64,000 nt of DNA, from assembly GCA_043803405.1 (NCBI GenBank), contig JAZDKB010000010.1, positions 1 to 64,000 on the forward strand, read 5' to 3'. The DNA is from Spirochaetota bacterium. GTDB taxonomy: Bacteria > Spirochaetota > UBA4802 > JAFGDQ01. Made by a program: the position numbers and the translations under genes. The notes below the pieces were generated by a model. The model searched no databases, was not told the origin of the DNA, and saw only the letters and a program-made list of their open reading frames with translations. Positions 58,740 through 64,000 of the stretch are shown here, one piece after another (position 1 is the stretch's first letter; each line of letters opens with the position of its first letter).

Positions 58740-59664
58740 AGACAGGAATCAATCTGCAAAGCCGTATAATTTTTTCGGCGATTATTTATGGAAAAAATAC
58801 GGCTCCCGCATATTAAAGCTTCCGATCAATGCAGGTTTTACATGCCCGAACAAAGACGGCCTTGTTGGAACCGAGGGTTGCATTTTCTGTGCGGAAGACG
58901 GTTCCGCTTCGCCGAGCTCGCTTGTCTCCGAAAACATTACTGCACAGATGGAAACCGCGAGAAAAAATTTTAAAAGGTCGGAAACAGACACAAAATACAT
59001 AGCTTATTTTCAGGCATTCAGCAACACTTATTCGGAAATTGAAAATCTGAAATATGTTTATGATACCGCAGTCGGATTTAAGGACATTGTAGGACTAATG
59101 ATCGCCACACGGTCTGATTGTCTTCCAGAGGATGTGCTTGACCTGATATGCGGGTATGCTAAAGATAATTTTGAGCTTTGGCTGGAAATCGGCATGCAGA
59201 CAATTCACGAGAAAAGCCTCGCGTTTTTAAATAGAAGGCATTCGTACGACTCAGTAAAAAGCGCAGTCTTCAGAGCGCATCAAAGAAAAATACCTGTATG
59301 TCTACATGTTATACTCGGCATTCCAGGTGAATCGTGGCGGGACATGATGGACACCGCAAAGGAAATCTCTTCCCTGCCCGTAAGCGGTGTAAAGATTCAT
59401 CATCTTCATGTTATTAAAGGCACCAGGCTAGAAGAGTATTATAAAGAAGGAAAAGCGGATATTCCGGGATTTAAAGAATATGTATCCATACTTTGTGATT
59501 TTCTTGAAAGGCTTAGACCCGACATTTTAATTCACAGGCTTTTAGGCGACAGGAGCGCGAATTCGCTTGTTGCTCCAAAATGGGGAATGAATAAAGGTAC
59601 TGTTATAAAGGCAATCGGGGACGAATTTGCCCGAAGATGCACATACCAGGGATTTTTATTATAA
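58708..59664 (+). CDS. TIGR01212/YhcC-family radical SAM protein
   Basis: GFTCPNKDG..GCIFC, YFQAFSNTY, HVILG, KIHHLH. Confidence 0.92.
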   Translation: MPEPQKKNHCKDRNQSAKPYNFFGDYLWKKYGSRILKLPINAGFTCPNKDGLVGTEGCIFCAEDGSASPSSLVSENITAQMETARKNFKRSETDTKYIAYFQAFSNTYSEIENLKYVYDTAVGFKDIVGLMIATRSDCLPEDVLDLICGYAKDNFELWLEIGMQTIHEKSLAFLNRRHSYDSVKSAVFRAHQRKIPVCLHVILGIPGESWRDMMDTAKEISSLPVSGVKIHHLHVIKGTRLEEYYKEGKADIPGFKEYVSILCDFLERLRPDILIHRLLGDRSANSLVAPKWGMNKGTVIKAIGDEFARRCTYQGFLL

Positions 59665-59667
59665 ACC

Positions 59668-59695
59668 GTAGAGACGCACATCCGTGCGTTTTTAC
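59668..59695 (+). repeat. GTAG-type REP palindrome between convergent genes
   Basis: GTAGAGACGCAC-ATCC-GTGCGTTTTTAC. Confidence 0.6.
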
Positions 59696-59702
59696 TACGC
59701 TA

Positions 59703-60170
59703 TTACCCTTTAAGCAGCCTGGCATTAAATTTATATGGAACAACATTGATGATTTTTATTTTCGCGAAATCCGGATGACGCGGATTAATAAGATAATTTC
59801 TCCCTTCTCCAGATGGCGTTATTGAAGACGGCACACTTAGCGCAACACGGCTGCATTTATTTATCCAGTCCGATCCTATTTCCGCAAGAATGCCTGGCGC
59901 GGGATATGTATGCCAGTTCTTCGGTAGCTTAGCTGCGGAAATTTTATCAATACCGATGTTATCCGGCAGTTCAAATGTCGTCATTGATATATTTTTGGGC
60001 ATTAAATTCAAAGAAACATGAACGAGCATTTCCAGGGTCGCCAAAGCTGTTGAATCGGAGGTATATATTACAGGCGTTCCTTTCAGGTTCCATCTGCCGC
60101 CTGCCATACGGACGCCGTGTCCCGAAATTTCTCTCGCGTATTTTGCTTTGGAAATTCTGTATAAGAGCAC
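59703..60170 (-). CDS. RES-domain toxin
   Basis: YRI, GGRWN, YTS, LE, VPS, NYLINP. Confidence 0.9.
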   Translation of the reverse strand: MLLYRISKAKYAREISGHGVRMAGGRWNLKGTPVIYTSDSTALATLEMLVHVSLNLMPKNISMTTFELPDNIGIDKISAAKLPKNWHTYPAPGILAEIGSDWINKCSRVALSVPSSITPSGEGRNYLINPRHPDFAKIKIINVVPYKFNARLLKG

Positions 60171-60589
60171 TAAGAAACAGCCCCATATTCAATGCGGACG
60201 AGTTCATCGAAAATCATCTCGATCCCGGTTGATGTATCAAGAAGTTCAACAGGAGGAACATTCCCGAACGAAGCACAAGGCTCCTTAAGCCACTGCGCAG
60301 CGTCTTTTTTATCTTCAAAGACTTCAAGGCATCTTGTATAGACTCTGGTAATCTGCAGGACATGATCCGATAAATCGGGGGAAAGGACTTTGTCCGGTTC
60401 ATAACGCTGCAGTGTCCTCTCCGAAACATGAAGGCACCTGGCAATATCCGAGACCTGCAAATTCATTTTTTTTGCCAGTGCATCTATTGATTTTTTCGGA
60501 ATACCGTTCCTCGCTGCCTTTATAAACTCCAAAGGCGTGCCTATAAGTATCTTCAATCCAAGTTCTTTTAAAACAGCCTGATAACTCAT
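60170..60589 (-). CDS. Xre/MbcA/ParS-family antitoxin
   Basis: SERTLQR HTH; VFED..AAQWL..P..G..P.ELL; overlaps the toxin start. Confidence 0.9.
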   Translation of the reverse strand: MSYQAVLKELGLKILIGTPLEFIKAARNGIPKKSIDALAKKMNLQVSDIARCLHVSERTLQRYEPDKVLSPDLSDHVLQITRVYTRCLEVFEDKKDAAQWLKEPCASFGNVPPVELLDTSTGIEMIFDELVRIEYGAVS

Positions 60590-60670
60590 GATTCCTCCGG
60601 CAGATTATCATATCCTATATGTCAAATGTCGCAAAAAATAAGTCAATTGTCAAGATAATTATTATAGAAT

Positions 60671-62635
60671 TTATTCATACCTCAGGGCTTCTATGGGATT
60701 AAGCCTTGAAGCCTGAACTGCCGGGTAAAAGCCGAAGCAAATGCCAACGAGAACCGAAAAACCGGAAGACATGAGAATTGAGAAGAGAGAGACTTTCGCA
60801 GTCCAGCCTGCGATCGCAGACAAAAGCGCGGAAATGCCTGCGCCTAAAAGTATGCCTGCTATTCCGCCTGTAAGGGTCATAAGCGCGGATTCAATGAGAA
60901 ACTGCACAAGGATATCGGTCCTGCGCGCCCCGATCGCTTTTCGAAGCCCGATCTCCTTTGTGCGCTCCTTGACAGACACGAGCATAATGTTCATAATGCC
61001 GATGCCGCCTACTATGAGGGATATTGCGGCGACCGACCCGAGCAGTATGCTGAAAGTCCTTGTAGTGCTTGTCATCATTTCCCTGATCTCAGTTGTGTCC
61101 CGAACTTCAAACGAATCCTCCTTATCCGGACTAAGGCGGTGGCGTTTAATGATAAGCTCTTTAATGGATGATGTGGCGCTGTTTATATACGACTGGTCTT
61201 TTACTTCAACGTCAATTGCATCAAGGTATATTTTCCCGAGAAGCCTGTACATGGCCGTAGAAACAGGCACAACTATAATATCGTCCTGATCCCTGAAAAA
61301 TGAAGTGCCTCTCTTGGGAAGCACTCCGATTACAATAAAATTGGTTTTGTTTATCTTGATCTCTTTGCCTACAGGATATATATCGCCGAATAACTGTTTG
61401 ACTACTGTAGTACCAACCAGGGCGACCTTTTTCCTGGCACGCACCTCACTCTCGTCGAAAAAACGCCCGATTTCCGGCTTCGCGTTTCTCATGGATTCGT
61501 ACTGAGAGCCGACTCCTTGAATGCTAGTGTTCCAGTTCTTATTCATAAAAACGAGCTGGCCGCGTCCGCCGACAGTAGGCGAAACATTTTTAACTTCTTT
61601 TAGCAGAGCTATTTCCTTTGCGTCCTGCATTTCAATCCTGGTAACTGCTCCAGCTTCAAGTGAAATACCATGCTGCCTGTGCGATCCCGGCCTCACCATA
61701 AGAATATTCGATCCCAGAGAACTTAATCTTTCCGTAACGGATTCCTGCGCTCCCTGACCCAGAGCCATCATGGAAATTACTGCTGCAACGCCTATAAGTA
61801 TTCCAAGCATGGACAGCAGCGAACGCAATTTATGAGTTATAATGGACATCATTGCCTGGCGGATGTAGTCCATAAATTCAGCCTGTCCGAAGGATGTATT
61901 CGTTTTCGATAGAGCTTCATTGATCAGACGAGTATCTGTTTCAATTTTACCCTGACTGCCGGATTTCCCTTTTCGTTTATCGGAAATGATCCGGCCGTCA
62001 CGCATTCGAATGATACGCTTAGCGTGTCTTGCGATTTCATCCTCGTGCGTAACCATAATAATCGTTTTCCCACCGGCGTTCAGACGGTCAAGGATGGCAA
62101 GTATTTCCTGTTCGCTCTTTGTATCGAGGTTGCCTGTAGGCTCATCTGCAAAAACTATCAGGGGTTCGTTTACCATAGAGCGTGCAATTGCCACTCTCTG
62201 CTGTTCGCCGCCGGACATTTCGTTAGGAGAATGAGTCTCTCTGTGAGCAAGCCCGACGTCCCTTATCTTTTCTTTTGCAACATGTTTCATGTCCCTTTTG
62301 CCGGCATATACGAGCGGCAGCTCGGCATTACCGAGCGCAGTCATCCTGGGCAGAAGGTGGAATTGCTGAAACACAAATCCAGCAATATGGTTACGCAAAA
62401 TCGACAATTCATCATCTTTAAGATTGGAGATATCTTTACCTAGAAGAAGATATGTCCCTGAATCCGGCTTATCTAGAAAACCGAGTATATTCAACATGGT
62501 CGATTTTCCAGATCCGGACGCACCCATAATAGCTACAAACTCGCCTGCTTCTATTTTAAGGGAAACATTGTCAAGAGCCTTGAATTCGACAAGTCCGGTT
62601 TTATAAATCTTATTTATATTTTTTAATTCTATCAT
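60671..62635 (-). CDS. macB: MacB-type fused ABC ATPase/permease
   Basis: GASGSGKS, MSGGEQQR, ADEPTG, GGIGIMNIMLVSV, ERTKEIGLRKAIGA. Confidence 0.93.
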   Translation of the reverse strand: MIELKNINKIYKTGLVEFKALDNVSLKIEAGEFVAIMGASGSGKSTMLNILGFLDKPDSGTYLLLGKDISNLKDDELSILRNHIAGFVFQQFHLLPRMTALGNAELPLVYAGKRDMKHVAKEKIRDVGLAHRETHSPNEMSGGEQQRVAIARSMVNEPLIVFADEPTGNLDTKSEQEILAILDRLNAGGKTIIMVTHEDEIARHAKRIIRMRDGRIISDKRKGKSGSQGKIETDTRLINEALSKTNTSFGQAEFMDYIRQAMMSIITHKLRSLLSMLGILIGVAAVISMMALGQGAQESVTERLSSLGSNILMVRPGSHRQHGISLEAGAVTRIEMQDAKEIALLKEVKNVSPTVGGRGQLVFMNKNWNTSIQGVGSQYESMRNAKPEIGRFFDESEVRARKKVALVGTTVVKQLFGDIYPVGKEIKINKTNFIVIGVLPKRGTSFFRDQDDIIVVPVSTAMYRLLGKIYLDAIDVEVKDQSYINSATSSIKELIIKRHRLSPDKEDSFEVRDTTEIREMMTSTTRTFSILLGSVAAISLIVGGIGIMNIMLVSVKERTKEIGLRKAIGARRTDILVQFLIESALMTLTGGIAGILLGAGISALLSAIAGWTAKVSLFSILMSSGFSVLVGICFGFYPAVQASRLNPIEALRYE

Positions 62636-62642
62636 ATTCCAG

Positions 62643-63599
62643 TTATTTTTTTCTTTGCGGCAAAAAAGGACTGCTTGTATTTTTTTCTTCGGAAGAAACA
62701 AGTTTCTTTTGTATAATGACGATTTTCTCTTTACCTGTCAGACCGGATACAATTTCCACATTCTGCTCATCGCTTAGGCCTGTCTTAATTTCCTTTTTCT
62801 CCGTTTGTTGGGCGTTATTATCAGTACTTACAAGTACGTATGTCCGGTCATTGTGTATAATAGCTTCATCAGCCAAAAGCAAAACATTCTTTTTAATATT
62901 ATCAAAGATATTTATATTTGCGCTCATTCCGGATTTGTATACAGGAGGAACTTTGTCCGGAACAATCTGGACTTCGTATGTCGTTACGTTATTTACTGTA
63001 GTTGATTCATATTTAATAAGAGCAACGCGTCCGTCAACTTTTACTTCCGGGTATGCATCCAGCGTTATTTCGGCAGCCTGGCCTTTTTTCACCCTGCCTA
63101 TATCGGTTTCATCTACGTTTGCTTTAATGATAAGCCTGTCGGATAAAACAAGTATTGCAGTTGCAGTAGTGGCTGTCTGTCCCGGCTCCACTGCGCGTAC
63201 AATTACGGTCCCGGTAATAGGTGCAACAAGAGGAATAGGCTTATAAACTTCTTCCCAGTATTTTAGCTGGGACCCGCCTTGCGACCGCGCGGCGTCTATA
63301 AGAGCTGCCCTGTCAGTGGAACTCATCCAGATGAGAGTCTGTCCGGTGTTTACATGATCTCCTTCTTTAACAAGAATACTCTCAACCCTGCCGCTTATCG
63401 GAGGTTTGATCTCAAGCCTGTTCTGGGGAAGGATAGTCCCTGTTGTCGATACGAATGTTTTAATAGTGCCGTAATGAGGATAAATGATTTTTTTGCTGAC
63501 AGCAGGCGCTTTTTTACTTTTAAAAATAAAGATTATACCTGCGGCTATTATTATACAAATTATAATAATAAAAACAATTTTTCCTTTTTTATTCGCCAT
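62643..63599 (-). CDS. macA: MacA-like periplasmic adaptor
   Basis: TM anchor, SGRVESILVKEGD, APITGTV, VDETDIG. Confidence 0.88.
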   Translation of the reverse strand: MANKKGKIVFIIIICIIIAAGIIFIFKSKKAPAVSKKIIYPHYGTIKTFVSTTGTILPQNRLEIKPPISGRVESILVKEGDHVNTGQTLIWMSSTDRAALIDAARSQGGSQLKYWEEVYKPIPLVAPITGTVIVRAVEPGQTATTATAILVLSDRLIIKANVDETDIGRVKKGQAAEITLDAYPEVKVDGRVALIKYESTTVNNVTTYEVQIVPDKVPPVYKSGMSANINIFDNIKKNVLLLADEAIIHNDRTYVLVSTDNNAQQTEKKEIKTGLSDEQNVEIVSGLTGKEKIVIIQKKLVSSEEKNTSSPFLPQRKK

Positions 63600-64000
63600 A
63601 ATTCAGAATCCCCCCCTTTGCCTGTATCCATTCAGCTTCAGCCGTAAGTGCATTAACTTCCGCTTCCAGAAAATTTTTCTTAATACTCACAAGATTATCC
63701 TGAATGGTGATCCAGTTGTCGAATACGATTGAACCGATTGAATACAGGGCGTCGGATATTACAGCCCGCTCTTCCGCAGCTTTTAAAAATTTCAACTGAA
63801 CATTTACCAGTTCAAAATTGTTTTGAAGATTATTCCATTTTTGCTCCAGCGTTAATATAACCGAACTGCGGGTGCTTTTTTCATCAGCAATAAGCTGCTT
63901 ATTATATGCCCGTGCGTTCCCGGACTCGTAATAATTTTTGCCTCCCTGGAACAGGTTTAGCGACATTTCCACTCCTGCCGAAAGCTGGCTGTTTTCAGGC
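63589..64000 (-). CDS. TolC-family outer membrane protein (C-terminal part; continues past the window)
   Basis: LNLFQGG, Y..G, AEWIQAKG end motif; upstream of macAB. Confidence 0.75.
   Translation of the reverse strand, partial: PENSQLSAGVEMSLNLFQGGKNYYESGNARAYNKQLIADEKSTRSSVILTLEQKWNNLQNNFELVNVQLKFLKAAEERAVISDALYSIGSIVFDNWITIQDNLVSIKKNFLEAEVNALTAEAEWIQAKGGILNYGE

Overview
Roughly 40% GC chromosomal window from an anaerobic bacterium; gene content suggests a free-living Spirochaetota lineage (inference only). 1-4.3 kb: the start of a minus-strand integron cassette array (3 cassettes, two related ~130-bp attC sites, one short atypical attC, no integrase in the window). An IS110-family element has inserted exactly into the GTTAG core site at the head of the array, and its 5' non-coding region looks like a bridge RNA with guides matching attC cores. 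5.6-30.7 kb: a nitrogen/redox locus with an NrpR-type regulator, an ATPase-like-XRE-cupin regulator, four glutamate-synthase FMN-domain paralogues, an amidotransferase-GXGXG fusion, HdrC/HdrB/HdrL, two MvhD, MetV, a MetF with substituted folate-binding residues, and canonical gltBD. The remainder holds two-component and c-di-GMP signalling genes (one kinase with degenerate ATP boxes), BatA/BatB-like VWA genes, a KamA + fused double ATP-grasp + GNAT operon, a degenerate RnfC-D-A module, MlaEFD-like genes with a degenerate ATPase, a sigma-70 factor, PilZ, an amidase, a TIGR01212 radical SAM, a RES-Xre toxin-antitoxin pair and TolC-MacA-MacB. No rRNA, tRNA or CRISPR array was recognised.
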